In this document: positions 10,936-23,125 of the stretch, one piece after another
How positions within the stretch are numbered: position 1 is the first letter of the stretch
How the letters are laid out: the number at the start of each line of letters is the position of its first letter
Assembly (NCBI RefSeq): GCF_001194135.2
Contig: NC_068981.1
Span: 136,230,752-136,294,751, forward strand
Length of the DNA: 64,000 nt
Source: Octopus bimaculoides
Taxonomy: Eukaryota
Direction: 5' to 3'
Position numbers and translations under genes: made by a program
The notes under the pieces: model-generated
Told to the model about the DNA's origin: nothing
Databases searched by the model: none
The model's input: only the letters and a program-made list of their open reading frames with translations

Positions 10936-11237
10936 CCCTTCAGAGTAGTGCTCCAGCATGGCCACATTTCAATGACAAATAAAATATAAAAGATAAAAGA
11001 TATACATTTAAGACACAGGAACCAATGACAACTTAAATTGTAGGCACACTAGGTAGTTGCCTGGGGGCCCTACAGGCAAAAGACCCAATTCAAATCTACA
11101 CTATAAGTACAAGTAATTTTACTTTATCCAGGGGCCTATGATGCTGTTAAAACAGCCCTAGGTGGAATCTATGAATTCCTCTCTTAAGTAAAGTGATTAA
11201 TTACCACTGGATGATTTAGTTATGACACGGAATAAAA

Positions 11238-11446
11238 CTCTTACTCTACTCTTTTACTTGTTTCAGTCATTTGACTGTGGCCATGCTGGAGCACCACCTT
11301 TAGTCGAGCAAATCGACCTCAGGACTTATTCTTTTTAAACCTAGTACTTATTCTATCAGTCTCTTTTGCTGAACCGCTAAGTTATGGGGACGTAAACACA
11401 CCACCATCGGTTGTCGAGCGATGTTGGGGGAACAAACACAGATACA

Positions 11447-11512
<66 letters not shown>

Positions 11513-11675
11513 TACGACAGGCTTCTTTCAGTTTCCGTCTACCAAATCCACTCACAAGGCTTTGGTTGGCCTGAGGCTATAGTAGAAGACACTTGCCGAA
11601 GGTGCCAAGCAGTGAGACTGAACCCGGAACCATGTGGTTGGTAAGCAAGCTACTTACCACACAGCCACTCCTGCA
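11238..11675 (-). mobile_element. SINE family A, full length
   Basis: Reverse complement collinear with the reference copy. Confidence 0.9.
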
Positions 11676-12255
11676 TGAATTATTCTACATAATATTGTAG
11701 GGTGGGTAATAAATTTGACCATTTCTAATTTTTTTCCTGTTTTTCTTTCTTTTTTTTTTAATTCTTTAATATTGAATACATTGTTGATTAACTAAAAAAA
11801 AAAAATTATTGATTTTTTTTAGCAATTTTTTAGCAGCCAATTTCATACTAAAGATTTCAATAAGCTATTTGCATATGAATTAGTACATAATTGAAATGAA
11901 TAAAATTGCCATTGAATATTTGCAATACAGTAGCTAAGTTGAATTCCACCCCCACCCCACCCCATAAAGATGATATAGGTGTAAGGATGGCTATGTGACT
12001 GTTAGAAGTTCAGTTCATTTTGTAGCCATATGGTTTTTGGCTCAATCCTTCTGCACCACACCTTGAGCAAGTGACTTCTATCCTGGATCAACCAGTGCCT
12101 TGTGAGTGCATGTTCTTATTTTGCTTGCTACTGTTTGAGTAATATGGTGTTAAAGTTGACAATATTGACATAATGACCAATTTCTCAAATCTGTTGAACA
12201 TAAAATCCTGTATCTGAAAAATAGGTGTGGGTTGGCAACAGGAAGAGTATCGTTA

Positions 12256-12700
12256 TCATCATCATCATCATCATCATTTAACGTCTGCTTTCCATGCTGG
12301 CATGGGTTAGATGGTTTGACTGAAACTGGTAAGCTGGAAGGCTGCACCAGGTTCCAAACTGATTTGGCATGGTTTCTATGGCTGGATGCCCTTCCTAATG
12401 CCAACTACCTTAAGGGTGTAATGGGTGCTGTTTATGTCACACTGGCATGAGTGCCAATTATGAGGCTCTAGCATTGGCCACAACAATGATTTCACTTGGC
12501 TGGATGGGTCTTCTCAAGTATGGCATACTGCCAAAGATCTTGGTCACTTACCATTGCCTGTATGAGGCCTAACGTTTGAAGGGTGCTTTTTACATGCCAC
12601 AAGCATGGGTGACAGTTATGTGACACCAGCATCAGCCATGACTATGATTTCACTTGGCTTTATAGGTTTCTCAAACACGGCATGGTATCCAGTCATAAAA
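12256..12700 (-). mobile_element. Family C copy
   Basis: (CAT)n-TTTAACGTCTGCTTTCCATGC..GGATGCCCTTCCTAA. Confidence 0.75.
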
Positions 12701-13039
12701 TCCTGCCTTAGAATTAATTCTCCTCCAAACCATGCTAACATGGAAAACAGGACACCAAATGACCAATTAAACAAATCAACAATAATGAATTCTAACTCAC
12801 ATGTAATATACTAAAAAAGACAAACAAACAAACAAACAAAACAAGGTAAATTTGTTCTTCCAATTTCATGTTACTGAAACATGATCTAATAGTAATTTGG
12901 TCCTTTAGCATTCAAATTACTCAGTCAAATGTAATGCTTATTCGTTCACATTAGTTTGAAGTAATCATGGTCCTAATGTTTCTGCCTTTTAAAAATAGTA
13001 ATAATAATAATGATGATAATAACAACGATGATGATGATG

Positions 13040-13340
13040 ATATTAATAAAGCAATGACAAATGACCAAGAACTTTGGGAATATTCCATGCATGAGAAGAA
13101 GACCCATCAAGCCAAGTGAAATCATAGTTGTGGCAGATACTAGTGTCATGCAACTGACACCCATGCCAGTGGCATCTAAGAACACCCATTACACTCCTGG
13201 AGTGGTTGGTGCTAGGAAGGGCATCCAGCTGTAGAAACCATGCCAAATCAGACTGGAGTCTGGTGCAGCTTACCAGCCCCGGTCAAATCATCCAACTCAT
13301 GCCAACATGGACAATGGATAATGATGATGACGATGATGAT
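13040..13340 (+). mobile_element. Family C copy
   Basis: GAGTGGTTGGTGCTAGGAAGGGCATCCAGCTGTAGAAAC.. followed by a (GAT)n tail. Confidence 0.75.
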
Positions 13341-14855
13341 GAAATTTTCACAGCAGACAATGTAATTTACACAAATAGAAGACCATATTTACAAAAAGAG
13401 CATCATTTAAAAAGACGCCATTATTTACCAAAACTCCAATACCTACGAAAGGAACATTATTAACATTTCTTACAGAGACGACTATATTTACTGGAAAAAA
13501 GAAAAATCAATATTTACTGGATACACATTATTTACCTGAATGAACACAGTTTACTATAATATAAATGATATCACACAAGTGCTGGCATGGCTGTGACCTC
13601 AAGAAGCTTGCTTTGCAACCACATGGATTTGGGTTCAGTCCCACATTGCAGCATCTTTAGCCAGTGTCTTCTATTATAGCTCTGAGATGACCAATGTCAT
13701 GTGAGTGAATTTGGTAGACAGAAACTGTGCAGAAGGTAATCATATATATGAAAAATAAAATGGAGATTGGACAGTTAATAATCGTTTATTATTAACAAAT
13801 TAATCATCATCCCATACAGCCATTTCAATTAATAATACTCAGTAAATATTAAGTAAATATTAAGTTTATATGACCTGAGAATGTTTATGGATTCATTATA
13901 GCAGAATGAATCCATAAACACATATAAAACATCCAAGGCTATATTTTTTTCCTTCTGAAGATATTATGCTTAGCTCAAATAAATTTAATTATTTACTTGA
14001 TATTTAGTGCATATTAATTGAAACAGCTGTAAGGGATGATGATTAATTTGCTGTTAAAAATAAACAATTATTAAATTCCCAATCTCCATTTTGTTTTCCT
14101 TCTTTTATATGTTAGCATGTGATTTGAAGAAGATTTAGTTGATATTTTTAAAAGGTCAGGCAACAAAGTACAAGCTCCCCTTTTGACTTGCTGGAAGTGT
14201 TCAGCTTCTTCCTTTCATATTCTGATCTCAGACAGACTGTTAGGAAAAATTAATTAAAGTTGATTGAGTAATTATTCTTCAAGGAAGCAGAAAAGAATCA
14301 ACAGAGCTCTTGCATCTATCAAATTCAACAATCACCATTGCGCCTCAGGATTATTTTTTGTTTTTATTTTCCAGTTATTGTTTTTCTCTACAATTTCTAT
14401 ATACAATTTAGCATGGGAGTAATGGTTGATTTGTTGAAGCAATTATTTTTACAGCTGGATGACCTGACAACAGCAAATCACTCATCTGTGTAATTGGAAT
14501 AAGATCTGCTATTTCACAGAGGTATGAAAATACGTGTCATGTACCTTGTAGAAGGGAACAGAATGAAAATTAGAATATACATATTAACTGGCTAAAATAA
14601 TATGACAGCATATGATATGCAAAATAAATTCTGTGACTATACTAAACGAACTATTTTTGCTGAGTAAGTGGAAGAAAAATGCAACTAGTTTTGTTTGGTT
14701 TTTATCAGCACAAAGGAATGTTTATTTCCTTCACTCAACACAGAGAAAGAGAGAGGAGGGCGAGTAGTAAGGGCGAGATAGATAGTAGCATGCATAGGTC
14801 TATTTCCATAGTGAAGGTAAATATGATGAGTTCATAAATTTTAAATTTATTAGCA

Positions 14856-14982
14856 ACTTACCCATGGCTCCGGGTTCAGTCCCACTGCGTGGCACCTTGG
14901 GCAAGTGTCTTCAACTATAGCCTCGGGCTGACCAAAGCCTTGTGAGTGGATTTGGTAGACGGAAACTGAAAGAAGCCCATCG

Positions 14983-15015
<33 letters not shown>

Positions 15016-15212
15016 ATATAGGTGTGTGTGTTTGTGTGTCTGTGTTTGTCCCCCCAACATCGCTTGACAACCGATGCTGGTGTATTTATGTCCCCATGAC
15101 TTAGTGGTTCAGCAAAAGAGACCGATAGAATAAGTACTAGGCTTACAAAGAATAAGTCCTGGGGTCGGTTTGCTCGACTAAAAGGCGGTGCTCCAGCATG
15201 GCCGCAGTCAAA
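14856..15212 (+). mobile_element. SINE family A, cut by assembly gap
   Basis: Near-consensus sequence from the B box to GGCCGCAGTCAA, then N-run. Confidence 0.9.
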
Positions 15213-15222
15213 NNNNNNNNNN

Positions 15223-15264
<42 letters not shown>

Positions 15265-15352
15265 CGATGCATTGCTTTATAACCCCACCAAAACATTTTG
15301 CTGGTCATCCAGATGCATAATCTACTCACACACCATCTTATTGTTCCTAACA

Positions 15353-15693
15353 CAGTGGTTCTCAGCCTTTCTTTTTATGTATGGGCCCTTTAGATTACTA
15401 TTTTATTCTAGTGGTTGCCCATAGCTATTCATTGTTTAATAACTAGTTTTATAGACATCTTTCAAAATTCCTATTTTGTTTATCATGCATTCACTTGTGT
15501 AGGCTGAACTATGTAAAACATCAGAGACAGAAACCTAACTATTTCTTGCAATAAATACATCTAAAGCAAAAATTTTCATGGATCCATAAAATACTATTTT
15601 GGAGTCAATTTACTATTCTGCTTGTGTGCCCCCCCACCCCAAGGGATCATATGGATGCCAAGGGATCATGTGGACCCCAGTTTAAAAACACTG
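15353..15693. mobile_element. hAT MITE copy 3, uninterrupted (341 bp)
   Basis: TIRs CAGTGGTTCTCAG / TTTAAAAACACTG. TSD TCCTAACA / TCCTAAGG (6/8). Confidence 0.8.
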
Positions 15694-16660
15694 TCCTAAG
15701 GCCATGTAATTTCAGCTTATGTTCCCACATTCAGGTTGATGGCTTACCCCAATTTTTATCAACACTACTCCACATTTAATTTATGGTTGTGGGGTCCTGG
15801 ATCCCACACCATTTTTTCCCATTTCCTTTTACCCTACTCTTACCAAACTTGTACCTCTTGGGTATTTAGATATGGTGACTGCATGTTTGTGAGTTGTATG
15901 TCTTGTCTGTCAGATTGATAATGCATACTATGTTTATAGTGTAATATCATACATTACTGAACACTGAAACATGTGTAACTGATGAAATAAATGAATACCA
16001 AGTTCAAGTACATTTTCCTTTCTCTCATTATCAATGTACTCATTATATTATTTTATATCCCTCTATAGACTGCACAGCACCCTGTGTGATCATGCAGTGG
16101 TAGAAGCTCAATGTGATAAACAATAAGGGCTGAAACCTGAATAGTAAAATTGTTGTGCTCTGTGTTATCTGTTTGCTTGTTTGTATGTACGTATATATGT
16201 ATGTATGTATGGATGGACAGATGAAATAGTTACTTTGAAGCATTGTGTAGAACATATTGTATAAAGGATCATGGGTAAGGTCAGAACAATGCGAAGTAAA
16301 AGCAAGGCAAATCACAAGAAAACAAATATATGAATTTATTGTAGACTTACCTTGCATTCAATATTTTGGGGTTATGACCCCATCCTCAAGAAATTAACAA
16401 ATGTTAATTTCTTGAGGACTAATGTACAGTGTACTGTTCCATGATGGCAAAATCAATAAAAAATGTGAGAGATAAATATTATTTAATAAACACAGTATAT
16501 ATATTTTTATTGTCTGAGGATTGCATGAAGGCACTAGATGTGTTATAAAATGCTGTCTGTGTTTTCATTGCATGAAACTATCAGTAGCTCATAAAAAAAT
16601 ACAGATTTTATTAATATATATATATATACATAATCCATTTGTTAATCTGTCTATTTTAAA

Positions 16661-17185
16661 NNNNNNNNNNNNNNNNNNNNNNNNNNNNNNNNNNNNNNNN
16701 NNNNNNNNNNNNNNNNNNNNNNNNNNNNNNNNNNNNNNNNNNNNNNNNNNNNNNNNNNNNNNNNNNNNNNNNNNNNNNNNNNNNNNNNNNNNNNNNNNNN
16801 NNNNNNNNNNNNNNNNNNNNNNNNNNNNNNNNNNNNNNNNNNNNNNNNNNNNNNNNNNNNNNNNNNNNNNNNNNNNNNNNNNNNNNNNNNNNNNNNNNNN
16901 NNNNNNNNNNNNNNNNNNNNNNNNNNNNNNNNNNNNNNNNNNNNNNNNNNNNNNNNNNNNNNNNNNNNNNNNNNNNNNNNNNNNNNNNNNNNNNNNNNNN
17001 NNNNNNNNNNNNNNNNNNNNNNNNNNNNNNNNNNNNNNNNNNNNNNNNNNNNNNNNNNNNNNNNNNNNNNNNNNNNNNNNNNNNNNNNNNNNNNNNNNNN
17101 NNNNNNNNNNNNNNNNNNNNNNNNNNNNNNNNNNNNNNNNNNNNNNNNNNNNNNNNNNNNNNNNNNNNNNNNNNNNNNNNNNNNN
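16661..17185. other. Assembly gap (N-run)
   Basis: Other gaps: 15213-15222, 18462-18898, 19748-19847 (100 N), 31116-31340, 50983-51082 (100 N) and 61815-61917. Confidence 1.
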
Positions 17186-17910
17186 TATATATATATGCAT
17201 ATATCCATACATATATGTACATACCTACATCTACATGTATACATACATGCATATATGGGTACAGGACATCACAAAAAATGTTAAACACAATGAGAAACGA
17301 AAACATAAAAACGAAAACAGAAAACGAACTTTTTTCGAACAACGAAAAACAAACAAACAGAGAAACGAGACATGCAACATAAAGAGTATAACCCTTCTTC
17401 AGTTGTCCCTGCTCCATCTACTCTGTGTTTCGAAGACAAGGACAATACGCAACTTTGTTGGAACAGTTCTTCCCGCAAAGCAAATTAAATAAAATTTGGA
17501 ATGTTTTGCAGAGGGTGAAAGTGTTAACAAGAACAGGACAGTGAGAACAAGATGGTAAGAACAAGACAGAACAGTGAAAACAAACGGTAAGGGCTGTTAG
17601 GCCAACACGATAGAAAAATTATTATTTTGAACACGAAGTTAGATGTGAATGAGAGACAAAAAAATTCATGTCTTCTCTATAGGAAGGCAGGAAGTAGAAA
17701 GAAAGAATCCCTTTCGTCAAGTGTCAGCGACAAGAGGGTCAAGGAGGAGGAGTGAGAGAGAGGGAACGGTGAAAGGAAGAGAAGAATAGGGATGGGTTGG
17801 GAGAGAAAAACAGAAAGGATGAAGAACAAGAGAGATAGACAGGGAAGTGATAGTAATAGTAGTAGAGTGCGCTGTAGAAATTATTATACACATATAAATA
17901 CATATATATA

Positions 17911-17970
<60 letters not shown>

Positions 17971-17971
17971 A

Positions 17972-18340
17972 AGCTACACCAATGCCAGAACGGGCTGCCA
18001 CTGCACAGTACCAAAGATCCCAGCAATGCTATCATGCTTCAGGACCAGTTACTGCAACAGCCTGGGTTTCAGGGGCCCACAGCTTTTTAATATTCTCCCA
18101 ACAGAGCTTTTTAATATTCTCCCAAAGAGCCTGCAGAACCTGCACAAAGTGGATGTAGGCATTTTCAAATCAAGGCTGGACCTCATCCTGTTGAGATTCC
18201 CAGATGAACCTACCTCACGGCAAGTGATGCAAATAAGGTTAGCTACATCAAATTCCATTTTTCACCAAGTGCCACATATTAAAAACAGTGTAGCAAAATG
18301 GCGGTGATCCAACATGGCCACAGCTCTAAGCTGAAACTAC
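17972..18340 (+). mobile_element. 3' end of a CR1-group LINE (ORF2 C-terminus plus short 3' UTR), 5'-truncated
   Basis: Open frame SYTNARTGCHCTVPKIPA..NSLGFRGPQLFNILP..FKSRLDLILLRFPDEP..SNSIFHQV..KWR* matches the GPxLFNxLP..FKxxLD..PDEP..SNS pattern of CR1/L2-group ORF2 ends. Contains an in-frame 24-bp duplication near 18081-18128. Confidence 0.8.
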
Positions 18341-18930
18341 GAAAACACACACACACAGACACACACACACACAGACACACACACACACAGACACACAGAC
18401 ACACACAGCGTTCAATATCTCATCGCGTTTGGCCCTACGGCTTTTAATGTTGTTTTCACTGNNNNNNNNNNNNNNNNNNNNNNNNNNNNNNNNNNNNNNN
18501 NNNNNNNNNNNNNNNNNNNNNNNNNNNNNNNNNNNNNNNNNNNNNNNNNNNNNNNNNNNNNNNNNNNNNNNNNNNNNNNNNNNNNNNNNNNNNNNNNNNN
18601 NNNNNNNNNNNNNNNNNNNNNNNNNNNNNNNNNNNNNNNNNNNNNNNNNNNNNNNNNNNNNNNNNNNNNNNNNNNNNNNNNNNNNNNNNNNNNNNNNNNN
18701 NNNNNNNNNNNNNNNNNNNNNNNNNNNNNNNNNNNNNNNNNNNNNNNNNNNNNNNNNNNNNNNNNNNNNNNNNNNNNNNNNNNNNNNNNNNNNNNNNNNN
18801 NNNNNNNNNNNNNNNNNNNNNNNNNNNNNNNNNNNNNNNNNNNNNNNNNNNNNNNNNNNNNNNNNNNNNNNNNNNNNNNNNNNNNNNNNNNNNNNNNNTA
18901 TATATATATATATATATGTTCGTGTGTGTG

Positions 18931-18965
<35 letters not shown>

Positions 18966-21099
18966 ATACACATACACACATAGATTATATACATATATGT
19001 ATGTATATATCGACAATATTAAAATTAAAGATTATACACACACACACACACACACATATACATACCTGTATACTCGCACTTGTATACATACACACATACA
19101 CATATACACACACACACATACAGATAAATAGAAGCACACACATATGGTAAGAAGGGCATCTGGCAGTTGAAACCATGCCAAAACAGACATTGGTGCTTGG
19201 TGCAGTTCTCAGGCTCACCATTTCCTGTGAAATTGTCCAGACCATGCCACTTTGTTGAGAGGGTGTTAATGATAATGATGATGATGATGTGCATATATAT
19301 GTGTGTGTGTGTATAAATATTTATAATTATATTTGGGGATGGTCATATTTTTGCCAACTGAATAAATAAATATATATATATATAAGTAATAGTTATATAT
19401 TTAAATGTATAAATTACATATGCCTTTATCAACCTTTCTATTTATGTACATATGTATCCATGTATGTATTTACATAAGTATATTTGTACGTATGCGTGTA
19501 TGTATGTATGTATGTATGTATGTACAAATGTATATCTATATGTATGTACTTGTGTATGTGTGGATATACGGATGCTCACATATTGCACCATGAGAATATT
19601 TACCATTGTCTGGTGTGCTACTGAATTGCAGAAGCTTATATTATCTCAGAAGAGGTAGCTTACTGATTACTCAGAGATATTTTTCAAGAAATAACTAAAT
19701 ATATATTATAATGACTCAAGGAGTGCTGTTGGTGTTTTTTAAAGCCANNNNNNNNNNNNNNNNNNNNNNNNNNNNNNNNNNNNNNNNNNNNNNNNNNNNN
19801 NNNNNNNNNNNNNNNNNNNNNNNNNNNNNNNNNNNNNNNNNNNNNNNATATATATGATATACATATATATATATATATATGATATACATATATATATGAT
19901 ATACAGATATACATATATATGATAAACTTACATGTGCGAATGCGCTTGCGCGCGCGCGCGCGTGCGTGCGTGCGTGCGTGCGTGTGAGACGGGGGCACCC
20001 ATATAGTTTGAAATACAAACGTTATCGTTCTGTAGAACACGCGTACTAAAGAATAGCCTCATTAATAGTACGTGTTCATTATAAAAATATGGGATCATAC
20101 GTCAGTAAAATGGGATTGTTAACTCATAAAAATAATATCTACTTACTGCTAGTAATTGATATTATTATTAGAGTGAGAGGAAACAGGCATCCATAGACAA
20201 ATATTTAGCGGGAAAGTAATCATAGTCAGACTGGTTATGGCGGGGAGATGGAAACGTGTTGTTAAAAAGAGAAAAACAATATCGATAGAGATATGAACGC
20301 ATCACATGTGGACAGGTAAAGTTTTTATGATGCGCGTGTTACGAGAATCTTGACGTTCGGAGCCATGTTTTTCTAGAGATAAAGTGGGGCTGCGAAATAA
20401 AAAGACACACACACACACAAGCAATGGGCAAGAACAAACTCCATTGTTGGTTACTTTTATGTTTTTCTTCTTACCTCACACCCTTTATATAGGTGCAGGC
20501 GTGTGACTGTGTGTTAAGTTTACTTCCCAACTACATAGTTCCGCGTTTAGTCCCACGGTGCGGCACCCTGAACAAGTGTCTTTAACTGTACCCTCGGGTC
20601 GACCAACGACTGACTTCTGAGTGAATTTGGAAGACGGAAACTGAAAGCAGCCCGTCATATCTATCTATCTATCTATACATTTTAGATAAACAAACTTAGA
20701 ACTGTCGAGTGGGTTGGTATTTTACAAAAAAATAAAGTGAGTTTCGTTTGCAGGATTCTTTATGTGGATTCGTATACTGAAACAAATTTTGCTATGTCTA
20801 GAGACATAATGACTCTCCCTAGACATAAAGTAAATTTCGAACGCGGGATAGTTGTGAAAACAGCCTAAAAAACTGGGTAGATATCCATAGAAGACAGGAA
20901 ATAGTTGTAAAGTGTTACCGAAGCACTCACCTATGAGTCACTGCATCCTAAAGTAGAAACAGCTGTAGGCTAATAATGTTCGTATGATAATAGTATATTC
21001 CTTTGTCCCCTCATTTTCTTATTACCGCTCTATACTCGACTAACGCTTTGTTCAGAGACATTCATATATTGAGTTCTACACCAGGTTATTAGTATCAGT

Positions 21100-21318
21100 C
21101 ACCCAATGAACTTAAATGAACTTTGTAATGTGATAGTGATACAAACGCCCAAGAATACAACTCCTTGCTCAAGCCAATGGATCAATGTATGATAGCTAAC
21201 TTCGAGGTATGTTATCTGAGAAGAATTGTTAAACTACTTATGAAAGAAATTGATAGAAAGGATAAACTTGCACTTCGAGACTTCTGGAAGAAGCTCAACG
21301 TAATGGACGTTGTGAATA
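21100..21318 (+). pseudogene. pogo/Tigger-like DDE transposase remnant
   Basis: HPMNLNELCNVIVIQTPKNTT, frameshift, then LLKPMDQCMIANFEVCYLRR..LRDFWKKLNVMDVVN. Matches the HP..LPPNTTSLLQPMDQG..FK..YLRR..FWK motif. Interrupted by the mariner. Confidence 0.8.
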
Positions 21319-22204
21319 CACGAGGTTTGATCAATAAGTATCCAGACTGTTGTTATAGTAACGAAACTAAAGCATACAGAGTGAAGCCGCTAGGCACAGA
21401 TTGACCTTGAACTCTGCTGTGCATGCGCACTAAGTTTTAACGTTCTAGCTCCCTTCCGCTGTTTACGACAGTGCTTGGAAAGAAGGCGTGTAATCGTCGT
21501 ATTGACCATGACAGAGAAAGTTGTCATGGCAATACCTGCTCAGAGGCCAACGCAAAGTAGCAGAAAGTGTATGGAGAGGAGTGTATGAGCCACACACAGG
21601 TGTACGAGTGATTCAGACATTTCCAAAATGGCCGAAAAAATTTCGATATTGACGAACATTCTGGGAGACCCGCAACCAGTAGAACTGAGAAAAGCATTGC
21701 AAATGTGCGTGCAGCTGTGAGGGGAAATCGTCGAATTACCATGCGTGAGTTATCAGAGGATGTGCAGATTAGTTACAGTTCAGTCCATTATCACTGAAGA
21801 TTTGCGTATGAGACACGTGTCTGCCAAGTTTGTGCCAAAACTGCTTTCAGCTGACCAAAAGAACACTCGAGTTTCAGTTGCACAAGATCTCCTTGATTGT
21901 GTCAAGAACGATGAAAACATTTTGAAATCTTTGCGTTAGGCCTCTGAACAGGCATCGCCAAGCTTTTGGCAAAATTTGATGCAGATTGTCTGCTCAACTT
22001 TCTCTGTCATGGTCAATACGACGATCACACGCAACACACCTTCCTTCCAAGCACTGCTGTAAACAGCGAAAGTGAGCTAGAACGTTAAAGATGAGTGTGC
22101 ATGCACAGCAGAGTTCAAGGTCAATCGGTGCCGAGCAGTTCAACTCTGTGCTTTAGCTTCGTTACTATGGCAACAGTCCGGATATTTACTGAACAGACCA
22201 CGTA
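21319..22204 (+). mobile_element. Non-autonomous mariner derivative with both ends formed by its 5' end
   Basis: TA|CACGAGGTTTGATCAATAAGTATCCAGACT ... AGTCCGGATATTTACTGAACAGACCACGTA|TA. Core encodes a degraded HTH region ..SGRPATSRTE..RRITMRELSE..RHVSAKFVPKLLS (WVP-like motif). No DDD domain. Confidence 0.9.
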
Positions 22205-22786
22205 TATCAGAACATCCGTCGAAGACTGTTTCAGTTACTCGATCAACTGAATCACTTACAGACAGATGTAGCTTGAATGCTCTCCTTGTGCAGAATCAGA
22301 TCGATAATGTGATACAACAGACCTTCCGAAACTACATGCAATGTCAATCCGATAGGTTTCCAAAGTTTCTGCTTACATAATTTCATTTGCTAGGTTTGGC
22401 TGAACCAAATGCTATCATAAAACACACTTGCTTATGATGTCAAAAACCCAGGATCTCACAGTTGCGAAGTAAACATTTTAAGCACTAGGCCATGCCTGTA
22501 TCCAGAGAGAGAGAGAGAAAGAGAGGGGAGAGAGATAGACAGACGTCCATTCAGCATTGCCAACAATCTAGTACACCTGTTTCTTGGCAGTGATGCTAAT
22601 CGGGTTCTATGAGATTCGCATCATTTAAGTTACGTATATTTTTTGCGAAAAGCATGAACCTCACTACACCCAATTTCACTTCTGATCTATACATCTGAAA
22701 CTCTGTGCTTATTGTAACCCCCGTCATTACAAAAAAAAAAAGCAAAAATTGAAAATATTTAAAAATATGGTTCGTTTATATTTTTT

Positions 22787-23125
22787 ACCTGTGTCAAGTC
22801 ATTGTAGCCATGCTGGGGCATCGCCTTGAAGGATTTAGTCGAATAAACTGGCCCAAGTACTTTTTTTTTTCAAAGCTGATACTTAATTCTATAAGTCTTT
22901 TAATGAACCGATACGTTACGGGGACGTAAACAAACCAACACCAGTTGTCAAGCGGCGGAGCGACAAATACATATGACCGACTTCCACTCAATTTCTCTTA
23001 CAAGGAATCGGTCGGCCAGGGGCTATAATAAAAATTTTTAAAAAAATGCGCAAATTGCTGTGCTGTTGGCCCGAACCCGAAACCGCATGGTTGCAAAGCG
23101 AGCTTATAAACAGCGCAGCCACGCA
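22787..23125 (-). mobile_element. SINE family A, diverged
   Basis: Tail, body and head recognisable. CpGs retained. Confidence 0.75.

Noticed and set aside
17385-17440. Second hammerhead core on the minus strand (CGAAAC..CTGAAGA)
   Set aside because: Stems I and II cannot be formed in the required topology.
16521-19016. Longest ORFs in the track (up to 323 aa)
   Set aside because: They are translations of N-runs and microsatellites.
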